Source: Takakia lepidozioides
Taxonomy: Eukaryota > Plantae > Bryophyta
Length of the DNA stretch: 64,000 bases
Direction: 5' to 3'
Assembly (NCBI GenBank): GCA_030704615.1
Contig: CM060731.1
Coordinates: 45,384,001-45,448,000, forward strand
Both the position numbers and the translations under genes were made by a program. The notes under the pieces were generated by a model. That model saw only the letters and a list, made by a program, of their open reading frames with translations, had not been told where the DNA came from and ran no database searches. Positions 38,301-52,569 of the stretch are shown one piece after another (position 1 is the stretch's first letter; every line of letters starts with the position of its first letter).

Positions 38301-39551
38301 TTGCAGCTTCACAACCAAGGAGTCAAAAGGATGACCCTGGGTTGTACATGCTGGTGTGTTCTTATTTTGGCCCCTACAGTGCACTTGGGAACCAACTTGC
38401 TCTTTCCGTAGGGTCTCTGCAGATTTCTCCCTCACTTCCTGTCTTGCTTGTAGGCTTTTTGCACCTTGGGTTTCATATTACTTAATGCATGCACACGTGC
38501 AATTACTCGCCAAATCGCTCTAGATAGTCTAACTGCACACGACATATATGGTGGTTGATCGGACAGATGCAATGCTGGAATTGTTGCTTCTTACTGGTCT
38601 ATAGCAACTTTATTTGGCCAGATGTGACCTAACAAACTAAACACTGGGACCTCACAACAGTGTGGAGTCCCACAACCCCAATGTACAATCCGAACATTCA
38701 TGAACACAGTACTTTGATAAATACCCAGTAGTTGACTTGAGAAGCTTTGGGGCAGGACTTGCTGAGCAATTCGTCCGTGGATATTCGTCTTCAAAGAAAG
38801 TCATTGTCTTTGGTGGGGGATTTGGCCGAACATCGACACAAGCTGACTGAAAGCTTTGGGCCTACTGACGGGTTTCTTAAAGCTGTGGTGGAGTTAGTGG
38901 AGGCCCCTGATTTGGATACACAAGAAAAGGTCCATATTCACTGGCTGCCAGCCTATCTGTTGACTGCTGCAGTGTCCGTGTTTTTTTCTCTTACATTTGG
39001 GGCCCTCTGTCCCTTGGGCCCATCAGAGCTGATAGTAAGTGGGTGCTATGCAATTTTTTAGAGTTGGGTCCATAGAACGCTGGTATGCTTGGTGGCTTTA
39101 GTGCAAGGCTGTGGCAGTTTTCTGTGTCTCATACTATTGCCCCATCAAGCCAGGTTCTCGGCATAATTGTGTGTGAGGTTTCATTAAAGATGCTTTATTC
39201 TCCAAGTAGTCTATGTATCACTGACCTGCCTTAAATACAGTCTGGAACATGGAACAGTGTGAAAAACATGGTTAGTAAGTTGAGCTCGCTGACAGTTACA
39301 GACCATGTCTAAGCCTATTGTGTATTTCACTTTTGCAGGCACTGATGGCTGTAAGGAGCCTGGTTGAATCGCATGATTCGGTTCGAAGGTTGCTAGTAAA
39401 CGAGTGCCACATTGATGCTGCCCTGGAGAGACTAAAGCTTCAGCTGCACACATTGACAGCGGATGCCAACCAAGCTGATTTTGTTAGAGATTTGGAGGTG
39501 CTTCGGCAAGAAGTGGCAGACTCCATATGGAAGTCTTCCGAGAACGAATGA
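35399..39551 (+). CDS. SIL1: SIL1/FES1-type armadillo Hsp70 nucleotide exchange factor (~7 exons)
   Basis: Hydrophobic N-terminal segment; ESMLQWAI|GHSDP; LMKIAIADL..LVEPIDNAN|DLDKLGGL..AAWVLGKACQNN; KALFAVSALIRN. Confidence 0.85.
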
Positions 39552-40491
39552 AGCAATAGTTGGTGATGGCCAGAGGGTCTTTCTAGGTGTAATCTAGAAT
39601 TTTTGTACCATGAGGTTCCCTTGGTTATACTCTTAGCACTGGTATTTAAAATGATCAGAATAGATTTATGGTTTTGAAAATCTTGTACATTCTGCAAAGA
39701 TCAGGGGAAATTGTGACATTATCAGAAGAGTTCCAAATTGGCCCAGCTCACAAGTCTCCAAGCTCAACTCACCAAGGATGTACCCTTTATTCGTGCCATG
39801 TGGTATGGTTCAGTTTCAAATACATTGTAGACCAAAAGATTGTCCAACTGTCACTTTGCCCCCTCATACAAAGACCTGGCAACTATGGGTGACAGCATTC
39901 TTCAGTGGGGAGGGATAGATATGAGGGAGGTATGATGTCTGAATTCCTGGATTGGCATGCACATATGCGTTAAACCTCGCTGCATCATGACTGCAGAGCA
40001 TGAGTACAAAAGCAGCCACAATGAGACTATAATTCACTTTCAAAACAAGGCCTGACAATTGCGCAGTGCATAGCGTGGGTTTTTAGGGTACTTTTGTCGG
40101 ATTCAAGCTGCTTTGGCTCCTTTAGCTTTGTTAAGAAAAAAGGGGTACTGAAACCACCGACTCTTAATCATCTCACATTGCCCTCGTTACGGCCATTAAA
40201 AAGTGTTTACCTTCCACATGAAAGGCAGTAGCCACAGCAGTCATGGTGCTAGCTTGGCCATACCGAGGCCACAATACCACTTCCAATGATGATCTAGCTA
40301 TCAATTTTCAGATTGGTCCATCCTGTTCAGCTCAACCTCGCCAACCTGGTGCTCTCCAAGACAAATTTCTGTGCTACTAAGCTACTGTTGTTTAACCACG
40401 AGAAAAACTAGTGATTTTTGTGCAGCCAAGGTCCCCGCATCTTTGCAGTGATTTCTAGGGGATGTCCACCTTGGCATATAAGTTGAGGCAC

Positions 40492-41498
40492 TCAGCGAGC
40501 TTCAAATTGCACAACTGCACAGGAGTGAAACAACAAGATAAGGTGGTATCACAAAGGTGGTATCAAGGTAATGCAGCCAAATCAACTTTCCATGATTACA
40601 CTCTGCAGTCTGAAATCAATGAAGCAGGTGATATCACACATGGGTTAAATGAGCCTTTCCAAGGACCAGGACCAGGACCAGGGGGATGAGTTTCCAGCTG
40701 CCTTCGTCACCTGATCATCACAGTGCAGTCACTTCGAACTTCTACACTGAGCTGGCATGATGCACTGGGTGATAGGGGCCTGCCTCTGTAGAAGCTTATT
40801 CAGGGAAATATACACGTCTATAGTTGACAGTACGGTGCCAATAGGATGCCAACCCCAGGGCACAAAAGCATGCTACATACAAACCTCAGCAAAACCCTGA
40901 CCATCGAGAAACCCTACCGCCTGCACCAGCTTAAACCTAGATAATGAGCATCAACATGCAGCGACACGGAAATTCGAAGTCGATCAACCTTCGCTTACAG
41001 ACCGACGTCTTCGCTCTCGATTTCTCAATTGTGGCCTCCGATTCCTCCATAGATTCTCGCCGTGTTATTTAATTTGTCAATCAAATGCTTGGTAAACTAC
41101 TGACATAGGAACCAGTACATGTGAAAGCTTTCTGGACAATGAGTTTTATGTTGTGTGATTGTTGCAAAAAGAAGGTAGCGGAGTAGGAAATCTTACTGCG
41201 TCTGGTTCGCTTTTTGTAGAGAATCCGGTAACCACACTCTCGGCACTGTATAACATCCCCGGGCTTGAGTGAATTGTCAGCCCCACAATCTGCTCGCCCA
41301 CACCACAAGCCCAGCTAACTCAGCCACCCAATTTCGCAGCATGACACTGCTGAATTCATCGAACAGAGGTTGCCGCTTCTAAGTAGGGATGATTGGATCC
41401 CAACCCACAAATGAAATAGGACAAGGATCATCATGCTCACCTCCACACAGATAGGTGACTGGCTCCGGTGGGGGCGGAGGTATGCTCCCTCCATCCAT
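40492..41498 (-). CDS. NRPB12: RNA polymerase common subunit RPB12 (3 exons)
   Basis: [19 protein letters not shown]|[31 protein letters not shown]|IVQFEAR*. Confidence 0.95.
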
Positions 41499-43374
41499 GG
41501 CGAATCTCTGAACAAGGTTGCAAAACGAAAAACTTTGTGACGAGAGAAAGGGAGGAGAGAGATCGCTTCAGCAGACAAGTGCGTGCAGCCAAATTTGCTC
41601 TATACATTTAAGCCTTTACTGTAGAACCTAAACTGAGAGCCCAAGTGAGAAGCGCCTACCTTCTGCTAGGTTAGACTGCCACGTCATTTTCATCTTTTTT
41701 TGTGCTTCTGGACAAAGAAATCGCTGGTCAGAGATGGGCCGTGCCTGCACTTGCTCATTCTTCAACCCTGAGTCCACAACTGCGAGTGGGTTGGATCTAC
41801 TATTTACTTACCACGTCCTCCTGAACTGTTTTCCTGACATTTGTGCGGAAGAGTACAGATCTCGAGGGCTAGGAAAAGTGCCTGGAAATTGCCCGGATAA
41901 ACAGTGAGTAGGGTGAAAAGTGCACTAGTTACGGAGAAACATTGCTGCTCTCGTTCTCATTCCCCAAGCCAAATGTGAGAGAGCCCAGTCAGCCATGAGG
42001 ATTCAAACGTCTCATGGCCATGGCTTGCATCCGTCCCTGTGTCCCTGTGCTAGCTTCAGCTCTGAGAGAGTGACTTGCTGTGTTCTATAGTTGGGGATTA
42101 TTCCCGTTTGTTGCTTTTGCTTTGCAGTCTTGTAATCAACATGTATACTCATTCCCATTTCCTCCTGTGTTATCCCCAGTCTGTACACTTTAGAGTTCTG
42201 TACATATCTCCGGTAGTTTCGTTGAGTTCTTTGTAATTTCCTCCTCCTCTGGCTTCTCGTTTCCTTGCCCACCTTCTTTCCCGTCCTCCTGTCCTTTCAC
42301 CTATTTCTCCGTCCACCGTCCTCATGGAAGTCCTCATGTTCGGATGCTTTTTAAGATGACACGATACTTCTTCTTCCAACTCTTAGAATTGGAGCAGTTC
42401 TTGAGTCTACTGTGTGGGCGGAGTAAGGTGTTCACGTTATTATTTAATGGGAGAACAGGGTCGTTTTTGGGTAGTCTTGAATTGGCAGCTGGCAAACATT
42501 GTTGAGAGAAAGTGATCGCGTAGTAATTGAACAGGTTTGCATCCTTTCTTTTCACTAGTTTGCTGTTGCAACGGGTTGTGATAGTGCTTGGACGAAACAG
42601 CTCCAGGTGTTACTCTGTGAAGGCAGATTCCGTGCGATAATTCTCTAGCATCTCGTTGCTTTTACAATCTCCTTGGGGAAGTATGGTGTGGTCGGATTGC
42701 AGAGGGCCAGGTTTTCAGGAACGGAGTCTGAGTAGCTTGAGATGGGTCGCTTCCAAAAAACAATCCTCTTTTATGAACCAACTTAGGTGTTGGCAGTAAT
42801 TGGGGAGGGTTAAATTTGATTACAATCTAAAAGCTAAGTGATAGCCAACATCCTATGTATGTATAGTGTATAGCAGGGTGCATGCTTGCTTCCACTTTCG
42901 GATGGTCTAGAGCTTCTTGAATTTTCTGTGTTTGGTATCTTTTTATTATTTTTATACTGGGTAAGGTAGGGATCCGGATCTCAAGTCGAAAGTAACTCGT
43001 CTTTAAGCAGCTGGGAGATTATGATTGCTGCCTCAGAATCTATTCACTATCATTTCTAGCAATTGGGGCTTCATCTGGTTCTCGCCTGTAGTTCGACCAG
43101 CGTAGTATATGTATTATTCTTTTAGGGTTTCTTCTGGCGCTCCTTCAGATTTTTCTGGTAGTCAATTCCTAAGTTATTGCCAAATTATATGCCAAGCAAA
43201 AACACATGAAAGAAGTACAAAAGTTGGAAGATGGGTAGACCCAAATAGGGGATGTGCATGTAGAGAGCAATGGGTTGTCTCCATCCACAAGGCTACCTCA
43301 AACTCGGGAAATTGTTGAGGGAGGCTGTGAGCCGGGGCAGCTCGCATCCATAGCTGGGGCAGGCAAGTTCAAAG

Positions 43375-46300
43375 ATGGCAGACACAGCATCGGCGCTTCC
43401 AGCGTCGGTGCTGCGGAATCTGGCTGATAAACTGTATGAAAAGCGAAAAAATGCTGCTCTGGAGGTACATTCCTCCCCTCATTCCTTGGACATTCTGAAG
43501 TTTTCCATGTCTTGGATGTCAGGTCAATGTCCGTGTGTATGTATGAGTATCTTTTGTGCCAGTCGACAGGGTTAACAGGCCTTGAAGAAGGGGTGGGAGA
43601 GATGGGACTATGTACTCATTGATTGGATGGTTTACCACAAAAAGCCCTGTGATACTTGTTCTCTGGAATCCACAGTAGGCCCAGAGGATCCAGGAGACAA
43701 TAGAACAAGCGAAGCTCTGTAACTCAAAGATAAAATCGACTCCCACGACTCCCAAACATTGCACCAAGAGGGGGTGTGCTCATTCAGACGCCCTGGACGG
43801 GGCTGGGGATATTTACCATGAAAACTGAGCTCTCCCTTTTGTGATGTAAAACTCAATAAATTATTTTAAGACAGCAGAAATTGGAGGACTGTGAATCTTA
43901 GGCAAGGCTGGCTACAATGGCTTCCCTTCAAGAAAGAGCATAGTGTGTACCAGCTTCAATTTCTCCACAATTAAATTCCGAGTTGCTTATTGATGCCATC
44001 ATGGCCATAGTTGGTGGAATTACGGGCAGCTGGTAGCCTGCTTGTCAGAGTGGTAATTTGATCTTCATGTGGGTTGGACTCGAAAGTCTTTGGTATGTGC
44101 GCCTATGCGTTGTTTAGAGCATTTGCAAGCAGCTGGATTATATATCAACTTCTCCATTTTTTACGTTGAAGTTTGGTGTCCAAACCAAATTTTAGTTTTC
44201 AGGGATGGTGGAATGGGGCCACCCATAACGTGGAGTGAATACAGCACGAAAATCAACTAGATGTCTTTCAACGCTGATACAAGAATATGGCAAGATTTTT
44301 TCTTGAGAAGTATTGGCAGGTTGACTGATGATGTGGCAGTTGTACTTTCAGGTGGAGGGGGCAGTGAAGTCATTGACGGCCGCACAGGACCATGAGAAGA
44401 TTTCCAGCATCATTGCAGTCCTTACCAACGATTTTGCCCTTTCTCCTCAGGCTAATCATCGCAAGGTAATGGGCCAACCTCCTAATGTCTCAACATCTTC
44501 AGAGTGGGAGAGTGAAACAAATAAGTTGGCTCTGGGGAGCTACATACTCCAATTTGTAGGAGGAGCACGTGCAACAATTACTGAACTTCCATTGTATATG
44601 ATCAGGGAGGGTTGATCGGACTAGCGGCAGCAACAGTGGGCCTGGCATCAGAGGCTGCACAGCATCTTGAAGTAATGTTCAGTTTTTTTCACCTTTGTTC
44701 AGATTAGTGGTTTTACTTGGAGTCTTAAACAACTTTGGAGATGAATGTCTTTCACACCGATGTGTGCGTGCGCACGTGTGTGTGTAGGGGAGGCAAACTA
44801 CATAGATTGCATCCACAGATGCATGAGATGTTGTGTTCTACTTTTCCATGATCTAACTATCTTGAGGCATTTGGACATGTTGGCTCAGAAAATCGTACCC
44901 CCGGTTCTGAACTCCTTCACAGACCAGGATAGCCGTGTACGGTATTATGCCTGTGAGGCGCTCTACAACATAGCAAAGGTATTTTTTCTCTCTTTGTCCC
45001 TCTGTGCACCATTCTCTCTTTTTATTATAAAGAGGAAAAGGGCAAGAACTCATATGTAACACCTTAGGAAAGCTGGGAAAGCCACAAAGGCAACAAAGAG
45101 GCTAAAGACCCTACAAAGACCTGAAAGAGAAGCCCTCAGAAGACAAGCAACCCAAGCTTTGAGAACTAACTCCAAGTTCTAAGCATCTCCAGATGGCAAG
45201 AAGCCACCAAGTAAATGAGACACCAGGGCAACAAAAGGGACAAAGGCCCTCCAAAGGCTCATCTTTCTCTTTAAAGAAACTCTCTCTCTCTCTCCCTCTC
45301 TCTCTGCCAGTTTCCCGCTCAAACTGGGCGCGGGGTCAATGGCCACAAGGCTACGGCAAACAACAACTTATGAGTACAATCTCTGCCAGTTTCCTATCAT
45401 TCCATTAAAGTTAGTACATGCTATTTCCTCTGTTAGCAGCTCTCCTTGTACCTCTGTACGATGCTTATGTGAAGGGCTTTCTAGCGGAAATCTGGACCGA
45501 ACTAATTGTTTGTATCTAGGTAAGTCCCACTACTGGAATGAGCCCCTCACAAAGGTAGTGTCTGTTCCCTCTTGTTTTCCCATCGTGGGCACCGGGTCTA
45601 TGACCACAAGTCTACAGAAAATGTCTTATGAGTACACTCTCTCTCTGCCAGTTCCCTCTTGTTCGGCCAAGCGGGTCTCTGGCCACAAGGCTTCTGTAGA
45701 GGTCGTCTGAGGAGTATATTCTCTCTCTCACAAGGCTACAATGCTATGACAAACGTCTTATGAGTACACTCTCTGTGTGGGCCCGTGTGTCCCTTGGGTC
45801 TTTGGGCCCTGTTCAAACTACATTTCTTACTTTTTTTTTTATAATGTCTCTTTCTGTGATGGGTCCTCATGGCCTTTCTTCCTTCATTTCATTGTCTTGT
45901 CATCTTTGTGAAATCCGGTTTGATATCTACGGCCTGAGTTCCATGGTGTGCCATGGGCTGTCTGACCTTCAGGCAGCAGAATGTCCCTTTTGGCTCTGGT
46001 TTTGTTTCCTCTCTCTTGTTTTTCCATTTTGTCCCATAAATCTCCGCGGACGTTATAAAGTACCATCTCATTTCATTTCATTCATTCAATTCCTTCTCTC
46101 TGTTTGAAGATCTGTTCCAAGGTAAGTCCTACTACTGGCGTCAGCCCCTGACAAATGTAGTTTCTGTCCCTTTGTGTTCCGCTCAAACTGGGCGGACAAA
46201 CAGAGGGTCAATGGCCACAAAGTTACGGCAAACAACGTCTTATGAGTACATTCTGTATTTGCAGATTTCAATTGTTTGTACTCAGCAAATGATTATATAA

Positions 46301-49300
46301 AATACATCATTTCTCCTTGCCAAGAGCTTCTGTTTTGGCCTTGGGTCTGGTCTCTCCAATGTTCGGTGTTTCGTTTGGTAAACCAGCCTAACTCTGTCTG
46401 TACCTATGGACAAAACAGTTTACTGAACCAGAACAATTGCCAGCAATTTTATACTTAATCTGCACTTACATGGATATATCTAGTGGTAGGGTTCTGTTCT
46501 ACTACACATCAAACATAAAAAGGACATTAAGAAGGTTTTGTAGTGGAGACACTAGCCATCTGACTGCAAGATGAATTGTTGTGCCCAGAAGATAAGCCCA
46601 TCCGCTTGTTTTCTGGTATGTGCTTTTGTATTACGTACAAATGAGGGCCTACAGCAAGCTGACAGACAAGATGTTGAAAGCAAGGCAATTAATATTACAC
46701 ATTTGGTTCTCTTGTACAGGTTTCAAGAGGTGATTTCATTGTGTTTTTCAACGACATTTTTGATGCACTTTGCAAGCTTTCGGCAGACTCAGATCCCAAT
46801 GTACAAAGTGCTGCCCACCTTTTGGATCGTCTGGTTAAGGTCAGATGCAAACCTTCACCTTTTCCATACTCTTCTTTTCCAAAAGCCTTGACATTCAGCC
46901 CAAATATGAGAGTCCCTTCCTATGGGTTGCATGTTTTAGTGGCAGCGTCACAATGCAGTAGATAGGAATTAGCCTTTATTTAGTATAATCCGTCACAGCG
47001 GAGATGTAAGTCAATCTCTTGACCTCTGTAGCCCAGTCAGGTTTGGTGCCATAAACCTGCCAGTCATTTAGTTTTCTTCTATCAAATTAAGTGTCATGCA
47101 ATCTGAATCTACAAGCGTAATGTTAAGTTTGTAGAGGGCCACATCCAGAGTTGAAGGTACCTGCTTGTTCAACTGTTTCTCTTTTGAGCTCATCGTGTGA
47201 GAGTGTGCAATCCTATACACAGGACAACAGTGAATTTGAGTTTGGCTTTGACATACTTAGGATTGGACTTGATTATAGTTACATGTGTGATTCAGGATAT
47301 TGTGACGGAAAGCGATCAATTCAGGTCTGCTGACTCACTTGGTTCACGTATTCATAGTTTGATTTTACATTTGGGTATGAGTTTTGTAGCTTTTTGAAGC
47401 CCTTGTTGGAGGCCTCTTTCTAGCAGTTTACTTCATTTAATCTTTTTTTTTTCAGAACCTGCAGCAAGTGAAATAGCCGAACAACTTACCCTGTATGCAC
47501 TACAAGGTGTTCATTGTATACCTCAGTTCTTACGACTAAGGAAATTAGACAACCTCAAGTTTGGTGGGTTCTGTGCAGCTAGACACGTTCTCCAAGCACA
47601 ATGTCACGAAAGGTCTCATTGTGCTCTAAATGTATGCTGAATATGTGGATGATGTGTGTGTGGCAGCATCGAGGAGTTCATTCCGCTGCTGAGAGAGCGC
47701 ATGAATGTGCTGAACCCCTTTGTGCGACAGTTCCTGGTCGGATGGATCACTGTCTTGGACAGTGTCCCCGACATTGACATGCTTGGGTTCCTCCCAGATT
47801 TTCTTGATGGTGGGTGTTTCTTCGGGGTAGCAAATGCCACTCTGTATTCGGTATGTTATTATTGTTAGAGTGTGTGGTTGACCTGGCTTATGTATGCTTC
47901 GAATGGCAGGGTTGTTCAACATGCTCAGTGATTCCAGCCATGAGATTCGTCAACAGGCTGATTCAGCCCTGTCAGAGTTTCTTCAGGAGATAAAGAATGC
48001 CCCGGTAAATCCCTTATATATTTCATTGGTTTTATTGTTGACATAATTGTTCAGCTCTGTTTTAGTGGGTGCAATTAGGTAGACAGATCTTCATCCCCTT
48101 GCATGAGAGTCTGTTGGCAGTTCTAAATTACTGCTATTTTGAGGGTGACAATCCTGGCCCAATCTGTAGACTCAATTGGCTTTGAATGACTACCTTTGTG
48201 TTCTAATACTGGCAGTCACTGGGTGGTTGGGCAGTCGGTGGATTATGGAAGGATGGCAGAAATTCTTGTGCAAAGGGCAGGATCACCTGATGAATTCACG
48301 CGCCTTACTTCCATTACCTGGGTAGGTTTGCATTCATCTTATCTGGCGTTCAACGCGTGCCTTGTTGTTGTATCTGGGGGTCTCCTAGGTGGAAAAAGTG
48401 AAATATAAAAGGAAGCTGCTCAGTAAGATGTTCTGTTACTCCATTGACAGTGATTGACCATGTTCTGGAAATCTTTTTGGAATCTGACCAGGACAATTGA
48501 CGTTGTTGCACAGGTCAATGAGTTTGTGAAGCTGGGAGGAGACCAGCTGATGCCCTATTATGCGGACATTCTTGGAGCAGTTTTACCTGCCATATCTGAC
48601 AAGGAGGAAAAGATTCGAGCTGTAAGTCTACGATCAGCCTGTATGCAGGTTGAACAGAAATGGTTGACAAAAGTGTTTATACAAGGCAGTGGTTATGTGG
48701 GATTGGGTAGGTTGCGAGTGAAACAAATGAAGAGCTGCGGGCTATTAAAGCGGAAACAGCAGAGGGATTTGACATTGGCGCAGTTCTGGTTATTGCAAGA
48801 AGGTGGCACCTCTATAAGTTAGTCGCTCAGTTGTGCCACTCTTCTCACAACTCTTTGGAGCTCTAGAGGATGCTAAAGAGCTGAAATGGTTATATTAGTC
48901 CACTTTTTCCAGCCTTGATCGGTACGACAATGTAAAAATGATATGGATTCATTCCTTGTATGTAACTATATCTCCTCCTTGATCACCTCCCCTGTAATTT
49001 GAGCAGTGAAACCCTTTTTATGATTTAAGTTGTTTGACAGTCGTAAGTTGAGGGTTGGCTTGTTGACAGGGAGCTTGGAAGTGACTGGGAGGCAACGCGG
49101 TTAGAGGCATTGCGCTGGATTTCAGTGCTTTTGGAAAGGCATCGCACTGAGGTGGGTTGTGCTATTGGAATATGAGAGGGGAGGACTCTCACCACTTCAT
49201 TTGTTATTGTCTTTTGAGCTGGTGACCCTTATACATGCTGTGAGTGGAGGACCATCTCTTCGTACCTATAACTCCAAGTTTGGTGGCGCTTAAACAGCAG

Positions 49301-52300
49301 GAGTTTGAGTTTGTGATCCAGATTGTGAGTGCTTCATATTGTGTTCTTACTTTTGGCATAAAATTGAGCCTATTAGGCAATATTTATCTAATCAAAATCT
49401 GTGGGTCGTTTCTATGTGCAGGTTCTCTCGTTTCTGGATGACATATTCCCTGCTTTGCTTCAGTCTTTGTCAGACTCATCCGATGAAGTGATCCCCTTAC
49501 TCCTCTCTGTCAGTTCTATGTTTAGATTGAGTTAGAAACTCGACCTGTGTCGGCTTAGTGGTGCCTGTGGGCCACTAGTTTGGTGCTGAGTCAGTGCTGA
49601 GTCTGTGCCAGTTCTTTGCGTCGTGACTTTCTCTTTTCTGCCTTCTCTCCAATTGGATATGTCCGTGGATCTGTTGTGAAGGCTTCTGCAAGGATGGATG
49701 AAAATTGTGCTCGTTGCAGTAGAGATGAAAACTGGCAGTTACCTTAATGGCTATATCTCAATGAAATAGCTACTTGACATATTCTGTGCATCTCAGGGCC
49801 CACTCAAAGCTTGATGGGTTGCGTTCTCTACTTATCTATCCCACAATTGCTTTCTCATATGTGAATTGTGGTGGGGCCAAGAAAACCAGGTGGTGTTGCT
49901 GGTGTTGGAGGTCCAAGCCTGCATAGCCCAGGACACACAACACTTCCGCCATCTCATGGTCTTTCTTGTCCACCGATTCAACAGTGAGCACTCCCTTCTT
50001 GAAAAGTATGTACTCATATCAGTCCCAGTGTGGTTATTGTGGGGATTGTCGTTTGTTGCATTTGTGATCTCTTACACGTTCAGGAATTGTTCAGGCAGAG
50101 ATCTCTCAACTGGGAACTTTGCCTTTACGATCGCAAATGGATGTTTTGCAGGAGAGGGACATTGGCATTGCGCCGATTATGCATGTTGCTGGATGCAGAA
50201 CGGGTATACCGTGAGCTGGCCATCATTCTGGAAGGGGAGGCTGACCTTGAGTTTGCCACCATCATGGTTCAGGTCGGTTTTCCGTGCACCTTGGAGCTTC
50301 AGTTTTGATCCTTGTCACTCTGGTTACTTATTTCAGCCCTGTAATGATGGCGACGGTTTGCTCCTTTGTATTTTGCTTATATTTATAATCTTTATTGGGT
50401 GCAGGCACTAAATTTGATCCTTCTTACTGCGTCTGAGCTGGCAGACTTGAGGTCCCTTTTGAAGCAATCACTCACAAATCCAGCAGGTTGCAATTTGTTT
50501 GTTGCACTATATTCATCATGGTGCCACTCACCCATGGCCACCATCAGTCTGTGCTTGCTTGCCCAGGTATGTTCTGAACCTTCAGAAATGAACCAGACAA
50601 GTGGTTGAAGAAAGAGAAGATGAGAAGGGATCTATTTGGAGTTTATTAAACATTCATTGCTTTTTTGTGCAGCAATGACACTTGTATGGCGTTGCTCTTC
50701 TTGACTCTTCAGGTGGAGGGATTGTACATGCCAACTTCATTAAAAAGGTCTGGAGGTGACTGGTGGTGCATCCTGTATAGAGCATAAAACCTACACAATG
50801 AGACCTTGAAATGGAAGGCTTCGTAAACAAAGGGTGCTGGACTGAAAAATGATGATTAGCTTGTGGTTTTCTACAGGCCTACCAGCATGCAAGCTCTGTG
50901 ATTCAGTCATTGGGAGAGTCAGACATCAATGTTAATTTGTTGGTGCAAGTTGACAAGCTGGTGCGGTTACTGGAAACTCCCATTTTCGCCTACTTAAGAC
51001 TGCAGGTAATGATGGGAATGTGATTATAGTGGGCTTGGCTGAGGGTCTCTGTTTTATTTGTCCAAATACATACTGAAAGAAGAACTACTTAACTGAGAGC
51101 AACCATCAAAAGCAGAGGTGGTCCCCCACACCCACCCAAAGAGGGGGGTTCAACTTCCAAATACTTGTTTATTCACTCCAAATGGATTTGAATCATCTTT
51201 TCATTTTTATACTAGTAAGGTTCTTTGGAACGTTCACAAAATGTATGCTAGATATAGCATGAGAGCAGATTATATCCTTAAAAACTGTTTGAGCAAGCAG
51301 GACAATTGCCTTCACCACTGATGCTAACGAACATCTGGGGGTGGTGGGATGGGCCAAAGTTGCTAGAGCCTGGGCGTTATCCAACATTGCTGAAGACACT
51401 CTATGGCCTTCTTATGCTACTGCCTCAGGTACTTTGCAATTTTCCATGGATGGAGGGAGGGAGGTTCCTTTGGCTTTGTAAGTCACAAGCACCAAGTTGG
51501 CACAGGTTTGAGCTTTGTTGTTGACGTCGTAAGAGGTATTCTGAAAATCCATCATGGAAGTCTTCCTGAGATTTGTTGGGATTGAGGGGGATACTGACAT
51601 CCTCCTTATTGCTACCCTGCCTTTTACCCACAGCAAAGTTCAGCGTTTAAAATCCTCAGGACAAGACTGAAGACTGTGCCTGCACACACGTTTATGCACA
51701 TTCAACCCCAACCATCAAGCAGTGAATTTCCAGGATTGAGTGCAATCCGGCGAACTGCCTCTGGTGGAGCTTATACCCAGATTCTCTCACACATTCCAGC
51801 CATCCCAACTGGCTCTCAGATCAGTGAGGATGGTGATAAAAACACAGATATGAGCAATGGTGCAACTGGCATCAACTTTGGTGCGCAGTTGAAGCAATTT
51901 GAGCACATGCAACACCAACATCGCCTGCACCGGGTTACACAGTCGCAGGGCAAACCACCCCGCAAGCCACCACTTGCGCCGGCTCAGGTTTGTCTTCCTG
52001 CAGTGGTCTTTCGTTGTTTGCTCTCACGAGTTTACTTGTATTTGTTGATGGAAATCTTCAAGACAAAGAGTTGGATTCACAAATTATGGACAATTGTGCA
52101 GTCAGTTGCATCAGTTGTGCAGAATATGTGTGAGGCAATTCAGTCATGCTTGCATCTCTTATGACCGAAAATGGAGGCAAAGTTCATTAGTGTCAATGGT
52201 GGAGACTGGTATGATAGGTTGGCTGAAGCGGTTGTTGGTGTATGAAGAGAGTTGATGGTCTGACAAGGTGTCCACCTTCCAAATGGAAGGCAGTAGCCAC

Positions 52301-52569
52301 TTGGGGTGAAATGACACCATATGTTATGCCTGCTTCAGCAGGAGTCTTCTTCCGTTGATGGTCTGAGTGGTTCATGCATGTCACTCCCTATCTGGTTCAC
52401 TATCTTATTGTCAGCTTTTAAGTGGGAAAATTTTAGCTTTCTGTGTCCCCATTACGCTGGTTTTATTGCGTTGTTGCAGAATGGACAAAGGGCAGAAGAT
52501 GGGGGTGAGTCCAGGAGACTAAGAGGAGCACCAGATCTACGTTTGCCTCCAAGATCCTGGCGTGGCTAA
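43375..52569 (+). CDS. VAC14: VAC14 homolog (PI(3,5)P2 complex scaffold), ~20 exons
   Basis: [19 protein letters not shown]; [29 protein letters not shown]; [24 protein letters not shown]; [16 protein letters not shown]; [14 protein letters not shown]. Confidence 0.96.
45290..46255. repeat. Cluster of diverged repeat units inside a VAC14 intron
   Basis: CCACAAG...TTATGAGTACA recurs at ~45343-45378, ~45604-45637, ~45729-45768 and ~46215-46250. CCGCGGACGTTATAAA (~46043) is also found at ~57430. Confidence 0.75.
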
